Positions 47,484 through 58,307 of a stretch of DNA of 64,000 bases are shown here, piece after piece. The DNA comes from Chitinophagales bacterium. Its GTDB lineage: Bacteria > Bacteroidota > Bacteroidia > Chitinophagales > CAVYQA01. Each line of letters opens with the position of its first letter. Positions within the stretch are counted from its first letter, which is position 1. Below the pieces are notes generated by a model that made no database searches, was not told the DNA's origin, and worked only from the letters and a program-made list of their open reading frames with translations. A program made the position numbers and the translations under genes. Location: assembly GCA_963770495.1 (NCBI GenBank), contig CAVYQA010000030.1, positions 201,701 to 265,700 of the forward strand, written 5' to 3'.

Positions 47484-47573
47484 TTCGAATAACGAATATT
47501 GAACGCCGAATGTAGAAGTTAACAACACTTCGATATTCAACATTCGATATTCTGCGGTTCAGTATTCAATATC
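47484..47573. repeat. Imperfect long palindrome built from CGAATATTGAA / TTCGATATTC-type words
   Basis: CGAATATTGAACGCCGAATG (47493-47512) pairs imperfectly with CATTCGATATTCTGCGGTTCAGTATTC (47541-47567). It lies directly after the receiver gene and may act as a terminator. Confidence 0.5.
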
Positions 47574-47667
47574 ATACAACTACTATATAGGTGCTTAATA
47601 TTGTTTTATTTTTCTAATATATCCCGCCGGTTCTTATTTTTGTATCGTTATCAATTAACTTTTCCTG

Positions 47668-48861
47668 ATGCAAAATCTTATTTTGTTTGATGGCGAAAGC
47701 CGCGAGCATCTTCTTCCGTTCACGTTTACACGTCCTGTTGCCGACATTCGCATTGGCATTTTGACGATCCGCGAAAAATGGGAGCGTAAACTTAATTTAA
47801 ACTCCTCTTATTATACCGAGGATTATTTATCGGAAAAATTTCCTGTTGTTATTGGCAGCGATAATTTAATGGTAAATGCCTGTTGCCTGCCTGATGAACA
47901 TTTAGCCAAAGCTATCAGCAGTTTAAAGCTAAATGAAGCTCTTGTTTTCGATAATAATCTTATTGCCGTGCGGCTTGATGAGTCCTCGACAAAAAATTAT
48001 TCTTACTCATCTGCTATGGTTGCCAAATGGTCACTTAAGAAATTAAAAGAAGCGCCGGCTATGGTAAATCACGTGTGGGATATTTTCAGGAAGAATGAAG
48101 AAGAGTTAAAAAAAGATTTTTTATTATTAACAAAGAATCGCACTTCACAAAAAATAAGCTCCACCAATCGTTGTATAAATCCTGAGAACATTTTTATTGA
48201 GAGCGGTGCAAAAGTTGAATACAGTATTTTAAATGCCTCCAAAGGTTCAATATATACAGCCAAAGATTCCGAAGTAATGGAGGGCGCTATGATTCGCGGT
48301 CCATTTGCCCTTGGCGAACACAGCGAAGTGAAAATGGGCACCAAAATTTACGGTGCAACTACCGTTGGTCCGCATTGCAAGGTGGGAGGCGAAATAAACA
48401 ACTCGGTACTATTCGGCTATTCCAATAAAGCGCATGAAGGCTATTTGGGCAATTCAGTTATAGGCGAGTGGTGCAATCTTGGAGCCGATACCAATAATTC
48501 CAATCTTAAAAACGACTATGGCGATGTTAAAATCTGGAGCTATTCAAAAAAACAATTTGAAGATACAGAACTGCAATTTTGCGGCTTGTTTTTAGGTGAC
48601 CACAGCAAGACCGCTATAAATACCATGTTTAATACCGGCACTGTAGTGGGCGTGTTTTCAAATATTTTCGGCAGTGGTTTTCCGCGAAAATTTATTCCGT
48701 CATTTCAATGGGGCGGCAGCAGCGGATTTGAGGTTTATAAAACCGAAAAAGCATTTGCCGTTGCAGAATTGGTTATGTCGAGACGCAACATTCCGTTTAC
48801 AGATCAGGATAAAAAGATATTACAGTGTATTTTTGAACAGGAAATTCAACAAAAAAATTAA
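47668..48861 (+). CDS. GlmU-family putative sugar nucleotidyltransferase / left-handed beta-helix acyltransferase
   Basis: N-terminal LLPFTFTRPVADIRIG, and C-terminal hexapeptide-repeat-like G.K(I/V).G....G segments. Confidence 0.65.
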   Translation: MQNLILFDGESREHLLPFTFTRPVADIRIGILTIREKWERKLNLNSSYYTEDYLSEKFPVVIGSDNLMVNACCLPDEHLAKAISSLKLNEALVFDNNLIAVRLDESSTKNYSYSSAMVAKWSLKKLKEAPAMVNHVWDIFRKNEEELKKDFLLLTKNRTSQKISSTNRCINPENIFIESGAKVEYSILNASKGSIYTAKDSEVMEGAMIRGPFALGEHSEVKMGTKIYGATTVGPHCKVGGEINNSVLFGYSNKAHEGYLGNSVIGEWCNLGADTNNSNLKNDYGDVKIWSYSKKQFEDTELQFCGLFLGDHSKTAINTMFNTGTVVGVFSNIFGSGFPRKFIPSFQWGGSSGFEVYKTEKAFAVAELVMSRRNIPFTDQDKKILQCIFEQEIQQKN

Positions 48862-48869
48862 GTGTTTAC

Positions 48870-49625
48870 ATGAGAAGGAAAATTATTGCCGGCAACTGGA
48901 AAATGAATAAAACCTTTGATGAGGGTGTGCAATTAGTGACCGATGTTTTATCACGATTAGATAACAAAGATGTTGTTGTGATTTTTGCGCCACCTTTCAT
49001 TCATCTTAAAAAAGTGTCGGAATTAATAGGGGGTAAAAAAAATGTATTCAGCTCAGCACAAAATTGCTTTTGGGAAAAGAGTGGAGCCTATACGGGCGAA
49101 ATATCGGCAGCTATGATAAAATCATGCGGTGCGGAGTATGTAATAATAGGACACAGCGAGCGCAGGGAATATTTTAATGAAACCGATGAGCAATTGGCAA
49201 AAAAAGTAAATGCTGCCTTACAAAATAACCTCACTCCTATCTTTTGTTGCGGTGAGCCTTTAAATATCCGCGAAGCAAACACTCATTTTGAGTGGGTATC
49301 TTCACAAATACAAAACAGTTTATTTCACTTAACTAAAGATGAAGTGAGCAAATTAGTTATTGCCTATGAACCAATTTGGGCAATAGGCACAGGAAAAACT
49401 GCAACTGCACAGCAGGCACAGGATATGCACGCACATATTCGCGAACAATTAGAAAAAAAATATGGCGGTGATATTGCCAAATCTATTTCAATATTGTACG
49501 GCGGCAGTGTCAAACCATCTAATGCCGAAGAACTCTTTGTTAACCCTGATGTGGATGGTGGTTTAATTGGCGGCGCTTCTTTCGTGGTGAATGACTTTTT
49601 GGGGATTATTAATAATATTACCTAA
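48870..49625 (+). CDS. tpiA: Triosephosphate isomerase
   Basis: IAGNWKMN, IIGHSERR, AYEPIWAIGTG and YGGSV motifs. Confidence 0.95.
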   Translation: MRRKIIAGNWKMNKTFDEGVQLVTDVLSRLDNKDVVVIFAPPFIHLKKVSELIGGKKNVFSSAQNCFWEKSGAYTGEISAAMIKSCGAEYVIIGHSERREYFNETDEQLAKKVNAALQNNLTPIFCCGEPLNIREANTHFEWVSSQIQNSLFHLTKDEVSKLVIAYEPIWAIGTGKTATAQQAQDMHAHIREQLEKKYGGDIAKSISILYGGSVKPSNAEELFVNPDVDGGLIGGASFVVNDFLGIINNIT

Positions 49626-49633
49626 GTCAATTC

Positions 49634-50581
49634 ATGTCTACCACTATAAAAAAAACACCTTCTTCTCTATTGGTGGTGGTTGCTTTCCTGACGGTGTATT
49701 TAGTGTGGGGTTCCACTTATTTGTTTATACGGATAGCCGTTGAGCATTTTCCACCTATGATAATGGGAGCCTTGCGGTTTATTAGTGCAGGTGTATTATT
49801 ATTTATTTGGTGCTTTTTGAGAGGTGAAAAGTTGTTTTCATTACAAATAATAAAGCCCGCAGCCGTAAGCGGTATTTTATTGCTTTTTATCGGCAATGGC
49901 GCTGTGATCTGGACAGAGCAGTTTCTGCCAAGCGGTTTTGTGGCTGTGCTAATTGGCGCCGCTCCTATTTGGTTTGTACTGCTGGATTACTATAACTGGA
50001 AAGATAATTTTTCAAACAAAGAAGTTATTTTCGGTTTGGTGATAGGTTTTATCGGCGTACTGTTATTATTCGGACAAAATGCGTTACAGGCATTATCCGT
50101 GCCCGGAAGTAAGCCACATATAATCGCATTATGTATATTGATTGCAGGTTCAATCTCATGGTGCGCCGGTTCATTGTATTCCAAATACAAATCTCAGGGT
50201 AATTCAAATTCCGTTAACGCTGCATGGCAAATGCTGGCAGGAGGCGCGGTTTTCTTAATTGCAAGCATGTTGCGAAATGAATGGGCAGGTTTTCATTTCA
50301 ACTCCGTTCACGAATCAGGGTGGTTTGCACTATTTTACCTGATCATTTTTGGTTCATTAGCAGGGTATAGCGCTTATATATGGTTATTACAGGTTAGACC
50401 TGCCATACAGGTAAGCACGTATGCTTATGTAAATCCTGTAGTAGCTGTATTATTGGGAATATTTATTATTGGAGAAAAAATTACCCTATTGCAGGTAGCG
50501 GGGCTTGCTATTATATTAACAGGTGTGTTTCTTTTAAACCTGTCGAAGTATCGCAGTCAATTAAGGTCAGTAAACAAATAA
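49634..50581 (+). CDS. EamA/DMT-family transporter
   Basis: Ten predicted TM helices in two similar halves. Confidence 0.75.
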   Translation: MSTTIKKTPSSLLVVVAFLTVYLVWGSTYLFIRIAVEHFPPMIMGALRFISAGVLLFIWCFLRGEKLFSLQIIKPAAVSGILLLFIGNGAVIWTEQFLPSGFVAVLIGAAPIWFVLLDYYNWKDNFSNKEVIFGLVIGFIGVLLLFGQNALQALSVPGSKPHIIALCILIAGSISWCAGSLYSKYKSQGNSNSVNAAWQMLAGGAVFLIASMLRNEWAGFHFNSVHESGWFALFYLIIFGSLAGYSAYIWLLQVRPAIQVSTYAYVNPVVAVLLGIFIIGEKITLLQVAGLAIILTGVFLLNLSKYRSQLRSVNK

Positions 50582-50722
50582 AATTCAAATTACGCTGTAA
50601 CAATGTTTTACTTCCGAACGCTGATAAGTGGATTAAATAGTTTGAACTATTGGTAAAAAAATTAAATCTTCGTACTGCCGTTATAATGTATAACTACCTT
50701 ATAGCGCTTTAAAATACATTTC

Positions 50723-53700
50723 ATGAAAAAGATTCTTTGGTTGTTGATGGTAGTAGTCTTAATGGGTGGAAAAGTATATGCTCAAAGTGCAAGCCAACAG
50801 CAGTTTTCTACGGACCCTACGCAATTTTTAGCACAAGTTCAGGACATGTTTAAGCTTCTTAAAACAGATGCCACTAAAGACGTAACAGACGATTTTCCCG
50901 CTACCTTCAATAAGATTCCGGCAGATGCCCAACAGCAGATAATAACCATTTGCAATGAAATGAAGCAGCGGCACATGGTTCCCTATCCTTACTTTTTCAA
51001 TTTTTTCCAGGCAGTTAATGTAGCAGAAAAAAGCCCGACAGCCGGTTCACAAATTTCAGTTTGGGTACAATGCGTTCAAAATGTTTTTGAGAATCAAAAA
51101 TCAGGCACTAATAAGGATTTGACCAATTTTATCGAATTTTCAAACACGCTTTTTTCAAAAAATGCTTTGTACTCCTCCGCTGCAAAGACCTGGCTGCTGA
51201 CTTCCAATGATTATACCCTAAAATATGATAAAGAACCGGTTCTAATTGTGAATAGCACCGACCTTATTGCCTCTACAACAGGCGACAGCCTTATTATTCA
51301 CCAGACCGGCGGAATTTATTATCCATTGGAATTTAATTGGGCGGGCACAAAAGGAAAAGTAGACTGGACCCGCGCAGGGCTTGATGCGGGCTTTGCCTAT
51401 TGCACCTTCGGAAAATATTCTATCGAATGCCAGCAATCGGAGTATAGTGTAGATACCGTCAGCATGTTTTACAAACCGCTTTCTGATAAAAAACTCATCG
51501 GAAAATTCTCGGATAAACTTCTTACCAACAATACGCCGGCAACTACAAGCTATCCCCGCTTTGATTCTTATGACTCGAACATTGGAATGTATAACCTCGA
51601 TAAAGCGGTACGGCTTAACGGGGGCATTTCTATTCATGGCGCCCATTTATCCGTAGTCGGAACCGAAGAGAATCCGGCACAATTAAAATTATTAAAACCC
51701 GATGGCGGAATTGCTCTAACGGGAAAATCACTGGGATTTGAGATAAAAAATTTTGAAAATATCTTATCGGACAGAACACAGGCTAGTATTTATCTGGGCA
51801 AAGATTCTATCTTCCACTATGGTTGTGAATTGGATTATAAAATCAGCACGCATCAATTAGTATTGAGGCGCACAGGCAGCGGTATCACTAAGTCGCCATT
51901 TTATGATTCCTATCACAAAGTAGAAATATATGCCGATGCTATTTTCTGGAAAACCGACCAAACGTATATTGATATTACCATGGAAGCAGGTAAAGGCTTG
52001 CGTCCTGCTTCCCTGGAATCGTATAATTTTTTTGAAGAAAATAAATTTAATAAATATCAAAATATAGCTACCTACAATCCTATTGCCAAATTGAAAAATT
52101 ATTGCGATGAAACAAAAGGGCGTGAGATTGATGCACAGGAATTTGCTAAACGTCTTGGTCCCTATCAAAGCGTGCAAACGATAGAAGGACTTTTGTTTAA
52201 ACTGGTGGAAGAAGGATTTATTTTTTATGACCCCGACAAACAACTTATTACCGTGCGTGATAAGGCTATCAATTATACCCTTGCCGATGGGGGAAAAATT
52301 GATTATGATATTATCCGACTCCTTTCTCAATCAGACAGTATAAATATGAGAATTGACCTCCATAATTATAGCATGAATATCAGGGGTGTAAAAAATGTTG
52401 ATTTGAGTGATTCAAATTTTGTGGTCTTTTTCCCCGATAAACATTCCTTTGATCTTGGGAAAAATCGCGACATGGACTACGGGGGCAAGATGTTTGCCGG
52501 GCAGCTTGATTTGTATGGACAATCATTCCATTTCCACTATGACCGGTTTTCGATAGGATTGGACAAAGTGGATTCTATGATCATAAATATTCCCACAGGT
52601 AAAGTTGATGCACAAAATCAACCTATACTTGTGCCATTGCGTTCGGCGATCGAAGGCATAACGGGAACTATTACAATTGATGATGCGGGAAATAAATCGG
52701 GTTTAAAAAAATACCCTCAATATCCCGTTCTTGATGCAACCGGCGGGTTCGTGTATTATGATAAAAAATCTATCCTAAACAGCGTGTACAAACGTGATAA
52801 GTTTTATTTCAGTGTTGATCCCTTTAGAACAGACAGCCTAAATCATATGCAGGCTTTTAAAGTGAGATATAACGGAACACTCACTTCTGCGGGCATTTTT
52901 CCTGATTTTCATGAAACATTGAGAATTCAAAGAGACCTGTCTCTGGGATTTATCCAAAAAAAGCCCCCTACCCCGATCTATGGCGGCAAAGGCACTTTTA
53001 TAGATACTGTTACGCTTAACAACAGCGGGCTTCGGGGAAAAGGTGCTATTAATTTTTTAACATCAACAACTACTTCGCACGACGTAATTTTTTATCCCGA
53101 TTCCCTTACCGCTCCTGCGGAAACATTTACTATGGCAAGCGGCGTTGTCGGTACACAGGAATTTCCCGATGTTACCTCCAAAAATGAGTTTGTTTTGTGG
53201 AAACCTTATGGTGATAGCATGTTAATTGAAGAAAATAAAACTCCGTTTAAATTATTTAACAGCGAAACTTATCTCTCCGGTAAGTTATTACTACAATCAA
53301 CCGGCTTGCGCGGCGATGGTAAAGTGGATTGGGTTGATGCCCAGTTATTATCGAAAGACATTCGTTTCAAAAAAGAAACGATGGATGCCGACACATCCGA
53401 TTTTCGCATTAAATCAATTGATTCTACGAAATTCGCCATGATAACAAAGAACGTAAATTCCCATATTGATTTTACGCTTCGCGAGGGCGATTTTAAAGGC
53501 ATTTCAAATTCTATAAACACGGAATTTCCCTATAATCTCTACCGCACCTCCATTGACGAATTTAAATGGGAAATGGATAAAAAATTATTATCATTCAAAT
53601 CAACGCGCGGTTTGGCTACGTTTACTTCTGAAGCGCCTGAACAGGACTCATTGAAATTTGAAGGCAATAGCGCCACCTATGATTTGAATAAATATGTATT

Positions 53701-53806
53701 GACGGTAACGGGAATTCCTTTCATTCCTGTAGCTGATGCTCATATTTTTCCCGACAGTCGGAAAGGCTGTAATCGAAGCATCTGCTCAAATGCGCACATT
53801 GAATAA
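50723..53806 (+). CDS. Large secreted hypothetical protein (possibly the N-terminal part of a ~1500-aa protein)
   Basis: Signal peptide MKKILWLLMVVVLMGGKVYAQ. No motif recognised. The 3' end overlaps the next ORF by 71 nt. Confidence 0.6.
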   Translation: MKKILWLLMVVVLMGGKVYAQSASQQQFSTDPTQFLAQVQDMFKLLKTDATKDVTDDFPATFNKIPADAQQQIITICNEMKQRHMVPYPYFFNFFQAVNVAEKSPTAGSQISVWVQCVQNVFENQKSGTNKDLTNFIEFSNTLFSKNALYSSAAKTWLLTSNDYTLKYDKEPVLIVNSTDLIASTTGDSLIIHQTGGIYYPLEFNWAGTKGKVDWTRAGLDAGFAYCTFGKYSIECQQSEYSVDTVSMFYKPLSDKKLIGKFSDKLLTNNTPATTSYPRFDSYDSNIGMYNLDKAVRLNGGISIHGAHLSVVGTEENPAQLKLLKPDGGIALTGKSLGFEIKNFENILSDRTQASIYLGKDSIFHYGCELDYKISTHQLVLRRTGSGITKSPFYDSYHKVEIYADAIFWKTDQTYIDITMEAGKGLRPASLESYNFFEENKFNKYQNIATYNPIAKLKNYCDETKGREIDAQEFAKRLGPYQSVQTIEGLLFKLVEEGFIFYDPDKQLITVRDKAINYTLADGGKIDYDIIRLLSQSDSINMRIDLHNYSMNIRGVKNVDLSDSNFVVFFPDKHSFDLGKNRDMDYGGKMFAGQLDLYGQSFHFHYDRFSIGLDKVDSMIINIPTGKVDAQNQPILVPLRSAIEGITGTITIDDAGNKSGLKKYPQYPVLDATGGFVYYDKKSILNSVYKRDKFYFSVDPFRTDSLNHMQAFKVRYNGTLTSAGIFPDFHETLRIQRDLSLGFIQKKPPTPIYGGKGTFIDTVTLNNSGLRGKGAINFLTSTTTSHDVIFYPDSLTAPAETFTMASGVVGTQEFPDVTSKNEFVLWKPYGDSMLIEENKTPFKLFNSETYLSGKLLLQSTGLRGDGKVDWVDAQLLSKDIRFKKETMDADTSDFRIKSIDSTKFAMITKNVNSHIDFTLREGDFKGISNSINTEFPYNLYRTSIDEFKWEMDKKLLSFKSTRGLATFTSEAPEQDSLKFEGNSATYDLNKYVLTVTGIPFIPVADAHIFPDSRKGCNRSICSNAHIE

Positions 53807-55205
53807 TGCCAAAATTATTGCCGATACTGTTCACTCTTACCACAGTTTTTACAATGCTTCAATAAGAGTTTTAAGCAGCTACAATTATCGCGGCAGCGCC
53901 GACCTTGATTTTTTGAGCGCCGATAAAACAAAAGAAAAAATTTATTTTGATGATATAGGTGTAAAGCGTGATTCTTTAACGGGCATTTATCACACCTATG
54001 GTAACGGATTTATAGCCGATAGCGAACAATTCAGGATTCTGCCAAAAATTAATTTTAAGGGGAATGTAAGATTAGCGGGCAACAAGCAAAACCTGCATTT
54101 TGAAGGCTTTGCCAAGCTACAGATTAATAATCCTAAAATCGCTTCATCATGGTTTTCTGTAGCTGATGATTTTAACCAGGATTCATCGCTCATTCACTTC
54201 AGCAACCCGGTGGATGAAAAACAACGACCAATAGGCGTGGGCATACTGATTGATGCCGACTCAATGCATTTGTATCCTGCTATTTTCAGTATAAAAAGAA
54301 ATTTATCGGAGCATGAATTGTTCAGCGCACAGGGTATTGTAAGATATGATAACACCACCAAAACCTATAGCATAGGTAATGAGAATAAAATTCTCAATGG
54401 CGCAGAGCGCGGAAATGTTTTAACGTATAATGAGCCTACCGGTAAAATTATTACTGACGGCACTGTAACCTTCGGAAATAATTTTGGATTGGTTGGTGTA
54501 GCTTCTGCAGGCAAAATTGAAACTAATGTAACCAACGACAGCGTATTTAAGTTTAAGTTCACTCTTGCCATCGGTTTAAAATTCACACTTGCGCCAAAAC
54601 TACTTGATAAAATGGCAGAGAGTATTGACCAGTTGAATTACGATAAGCCCGATCTGAATGAATCAACCGATGATTTTAAACACCTTATGATTGAACTGGT
54701 TGATGCCAAAAATGAAACTCATTTACTTAATGCGCTGCAAACCGAGGGTGCTGTGAAAAGGTCTGATGACCTCGACTATACCATATTATTGAGCGATATT
54801 CAAATGGCGTATGATCCCCTAACCCGTTCCCTGCATTCTATAGGACCTTTAGGCACCGTTTATATAGGCGATAAATCCTTAGGCAAAAAATTAAAAGGCT
54901 ATCTTGAAATTGGTTTCAAGCGAAGCGGCAGCTTTATTAACCTGTATATAGAATCCACACAAAGCGACTGGTATTTTTTAAACTATCAAAATAATATCAT
55001 GAGCATAATATCTTCAGATGATGATTTTAATAAAACTCTCGGGATGATGGACCCTAAAGACCGGCGCACTGAGGGCGCTAACGGGCAAGTGTATATGTAC
55101 ACCTTAGCTACAGTTCATCGCAAAGATGAGTTTTTGCTAAAGATGTCTCAGTATGGTGACACGGAAATCGTTCCAGTAAAAAAGACTCCGGTGAAAAAAA
55201 AGTAA
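53736..55205 (+). CDS. Hypothetical protein (possibly the C-terminal continuation of 50723..53806 after a frameshift)
   Basis: It lies in the +1 frame relative to the upstream ORF. A T5C3 run sits at 53745-53752 within the overlap. Confidence 0.55.
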   Translation: MLIFFPTVGKAVIEASAQMRTLNNAKIIADTVHSYHSFYNASIRVLSSYNYRGSADLDFLSADKTKEKIYFDDIGVKRDSLTGIYHTYGNGFIADSEQFRILPKINFKGNVRLAGNKQNLHFEGFAKLQINNPKIASSWFSVADDFNQDSSLIHFSNPVDEKQRPIGVGILIDADSMHLYPAIFSIKRNLSEHELFSAQGIVRYDNTTKTYSIGNENKILNGAERGNVLTYNEPTGKIITDGTVTFGNNFGLVGVASAGKIETNVTNDSVFKFKFTLAIGLKFTLAPKLLDKMAESIDQLNYDKPDLNESTDDFKHLMIELVDAKNETHLLNALQTEGAVKRSDDLDYTILLSDIQMAYDPLTRSLHSIGPLGTVYIGDKSLGKKLKGYLEIGFKRSGSFINLYIESTQSDWYFLNYQNNIMSIISSDDDFNKTLGMMDPKDRRTEGANGQVYMYTLATVHRKDEFLLKMSQYGDTEIVPVKKTPVKKK

Positions 55206-55835
55206 TTGATTTTAATGATTATAGTGGTATTGATAGTTGCTTATTTATTAGGATCATTGCCCTCTGCGGTTTTGGTGGGTAAACTATTTTATAATACCGA
55301 TGTGCGCGAGCATGGCAGCGGCAATGCAGGCGCCACCAACACTTTTCGCGTGCTGGGCAAAAAGGCGGGGCTGATCGTTTTTATTCTTGATTTTGCCAAA
55401 GGGTTTGCAGCATCTCTTCTTCCGGTAATAGTATATACCTACTTACATACTAATCTTTCATCTGAGCAAGTTCAGTTACTATGCGGGTTATGCGCTGTGC
55501 TGGGTCATGTCTTACCGGTGTTTGCCGGTTTTCGCGGCGGTAAGGGCGTTGCCACCACATTCGGGGTTTTTGTTGCCATTTTTCCGTGGTCGGCATTAAT
55601 TTGTGCCGCTATATTCTTTGCCCTTCTTTTACTCTTTCATTTTGTGTCGCTTGGCTCAATGGTTGCAGTGGCGGCATTTACACCGTTATCTGTTTTTCTT
55701 TACCAGGCAAAAGATTTATTATCTGTTGCGTTGATGTTGCTATTTGCAATAGCAATTATTATTCTGCACCGTAAAAATATTGAACGGTTGATGTATGGTA
55801 CAGAAAATAAAATGTACCTGTTTAAGACAAAGTGA
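55206..55835 (+). CDS. plsY: Glycerol-3-phosphate acyltransferase PlsY
   Basis: YLLGSLPSA, HGSGNAGATN and GGKGVAT motifs. Confidence 0.9.
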   Translation: MILMIIVVLIVAYLLGSLPSAVLVGKLFYNTDVREHGSGNAGATNTFRVLGKKAGLIVFILDFAKGFAASLLPVIVYTYLHTNLSSEQVQLLCGLCAVLGHVLPVFAGFRGGKGVATTFGVFVAIFPWSALICAAIFFALLLLFHFVSLGSMVAVAAFTPLSVFLYQAKDLLSVALMLLFAIAIIILHRKNIERLMYGTENKMYLFKTK

Positions 55836-55872
55836 ATCCACACTTTATAAAAAATGAAAATGGAATCTTATT

Positions 55873-57078
55873 TTGCAGGTGAAGATTTTCTTCATGAGCG
55901 CTAAAAAACGAGTTAATACTCCCGCACATGTAATAAACAACGGCAAAACAATTGCCGTAGTTAAACCCATATCCAATTGGCTTATTCGAATTGCGTGGAT
56001 AGCCGCATTGCTTACAGGAGTTGTGATGAGCCTTAAATCGCTTACCGAGCCTGATACCTGGTGGCAATTACGCACGGGCGAATGGATTGTTCAAAACGGG
56101 AAAGTGCCGTCGCACGATATTTTCTCTTACACGATGCAGGGAACACCGTGGATAAACGTGAAATGGCTTTATGAGATACTGATTTATTTTATACAAGCTA
56201 TCGGTGGACCTGAATTTGTTTTAATAGTCCAGGCAATTGTTACCATTCTGATTTTAATCATCATTAGAAAAATATATAATTCACTTTATGAAACCATTTA
56301 TTTAAAAAAACCTGACCGTGTTTCTCCATTCTTAATTTTTGTTCTGCTGATAACACTTATTTGTATCGGATTCCGGCTGAATGGCAGGCCGGAATTATTT
56401 AGTCATCTCTTTACGGCTACTTATATTCTTATTCTTCTAAAAAATCGTTTTAAGAAAAGCAACGTACTTTATGCTATTATTCCCTTACAAATTTTATGGA
56501 CTAATTTACATGAGGGCTATGGCACCGGTATTGTCATTCTCCTTATATTCAGCATAGCTTCATTCCTCGAATCTATTTTTATAAAATTCTTTTCTAAAAA
56601 TAAATTTCAATTTGATTGGAGATTACTTTTAGTCACTGGTTGTTCTATTCTTGCAATGGCTGTTCATCCATTTGGTTTCAGCATGATTACCCATCCTATC
56701 GAAATATACAGGCAGCTTAACGTAAATAAATACACCACTGAATTGGTTTCTTTCAACAACGCTGCCTATTGGACGTTCCAATCCTTTTTGAATATTGCAT
56801 TATTTGCATTGTCTTTAATTTGCCTGTTTCTGAAATATAATCAAACTAAAGAATCACGCTTTCTGCGACTCACAAAAAATTTCGGATGGGGTTATACTTC
56901 GTTATTAATAGCATTCTTCGTTTTAAGCTTAACTGCCAACAGAAATATTCCGTTTTCAGCAATAGCCTGCTGCCCTTTGCTTGCAATAGGATTTGAACAC
57001 TTTATTGCTGTTTATTTAAAAAGAAAAAAAGCCATGGGGAAAAAGAAATTCGATTTACGTGTCGCTTATATGTATTAA
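55873..57078 (+). CDS. Polytopic membrane protein (probably the N-terminal part of a frameshifted membrane-TPR protein)
   Basis: Multiple TM helices. It ends in a Lys-rich stretch encoded by A5/A7 runs (57018-57030). Confidence 0.55.
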   Translation: MQVKIFFMSAKKRVNTPAHVINNGKTIAVVKPISNWLIRIAWIAALLTGVVMSLKSLTEPDTWWQLRTGEWIVQNGKVPSHDIFSYTMQGTPWINVKWLYEILIYFIQAIGGPEFVLIVQAIVTILILIIIRKIYNSLYETIYLKKPDRVSPFLIFVLLITLICIGFRLNGRPELFSHLFTATYILILLKNRFKKSNVLYAIIPLQILWTNLHEGYGTGIVILLIFSIASFLESIFIKFFSKNKFQFDWRLLLVTGCSILAMAVHPFGFSMITHPIEIYRQLNVNKYTTELVSFNNAAYWTFQSFLNIALFALSLICLFLKYNQTKESRFLRLTKNFGWGYTSLLIAFFVLSLTANRNIPFSAIACCPLLAIGFEHFIAVYLKRKKAMGKKKFDLRVAYMY

Positions 57079-57095
57079 CTATTTTATTCTCAGCC

Positions 57096-58304
57096 TTGCT
57101 CTATTTATCCATTGTAACAAACAAGTATTATTCATGGACGCACAGCCATTCCACTTATGGCTTGCAGGTAGATGCTTTATACAATCCATCCGGCGCATCT
57201 GATTTTGTAAAAGAGCACCATATCACAGGCGTATGTTTTTCTGATTATCTCACCTCATCCTACCTGCTATGGACATTAAGTCCGGGCTTTAAAACATTTA
57301 TTGATTTGCGCGACCTTGATGTATTCCCGGTAAGTTTCTTCAATCGATTTGCCAATATTGTAAATGATTCAAGCGCATTTAAAAAAGCTGACAGCCAATA
57401 CCATTTCGATTATATCATCCTATACAGAAACCAGTTTCAACCGCTTCATAATTACCTGTTACATAGTAAAAATTATGAATTGGTATTTATTGATGCAGTG
57501 GCTGCAGTGTATGTAAAGCGTGAAGAGCGGTTTAAATCCATAATTGAAAAATTTGGTTTTAATAACAGCGAAAAAGATATTTTTTCTGTAACACATCCTA
57601 AAAAACAGGGAGCGCTGGCTTCGGTAATTTCAACTATTTTCAACCCGTTTTTTACACCGCGCGATTACACTGATGTGGATTTTAATCTCGAAGCGGCAAA
57701 ATTTTATTTTAATAGTGATTATACCAATCTTGCTTATGCACGTATAGAACAGGCAGTACAAAAAAATCCTGATAATACAGGGGTGCAGGATATGCTGGGC
57801 AATATTGCTTTATCTTATCTGCAACAAACGAAGAATGAGCAGGCGCAACAGTTTTTAACAATTGCAGAAAATGCGTTTCAAAAAGCAAATAGTATAGATT
57901 CAAAAGATGAACAGGCGCTGAAAGGGCTGGGTGAATGCGCAATAGCCGCCGGTAATACCGACGATGCCATTTCTTATTTTCAAAAATGCCTTGCTGTAAA
58001 CTCCAATAATATAGATTGCTGGGCAGCCCTTGCAGATGTATATGAAGACCTTTCAAACAGCGATGCAGCTAACAGCAAGCAATGGTTAGAGAAACGGTTA
58101 GATTGTTTAAAAAAAATAAACAGTTTAAACCCCGATAACCCTCTTATTATAGTTGAACTGGGATATGCTTATTATAAAATTGGCAACTGTATTTCAGCCA
58201 TGAATTACATAAACAGGGTTAAATCATTTGATAAATTTCCGCCCGGCAATAAGGCAGATTTGATAAACGTATTAAGCCATTGCAATGGACAAACAATAAA
58301 ATAA
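57096..58304 (+). CDS. TPR-repeat protein (probably the C-terminal part of the same gene)
   Basis: Its frame is open upstream to ~57000 and there encodes a further TM helix (VLTILFSALLYLSIV). TPR-like repeats lie in the C-terminal third. Confidence 0.55.
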   Translation: MLYLSIVTNKYYSWTHSHSTYGLQVDALYNPSGASDFVKEHHITGVCFSDYLTSSYLLWTLSPGFKTFIDLRDLDVFPVSFFNRFANIVNDSSAFKKADSQYHFDYIILYRNQFQPLHNYLLHSKNYELVFIDAVAAVYVKREERFKSIIEKFGFNNSEKDIFSVTHPKKQGALASVISTIFNPFFTPRDYTDVDFNLEAAKFYFNSDYTNLAYARIEQAVQKNPDNTGVQDMLGNIALSYLQQTKNEQAQQFLTIAENAFQKANSIDSKDEQALKGLGECAIAAGNTDDAISYFQKCLAVNSNNIDCWAALADVYEDLSNSDAANSKQWLEKRLDCLKKINSLNPDNPLIIVELGYAYYKIGNCISAMNYINRVKSFDKFPPGNKADLINVLSHCNGQTIK

Positions 58305-58307
58305 TTC

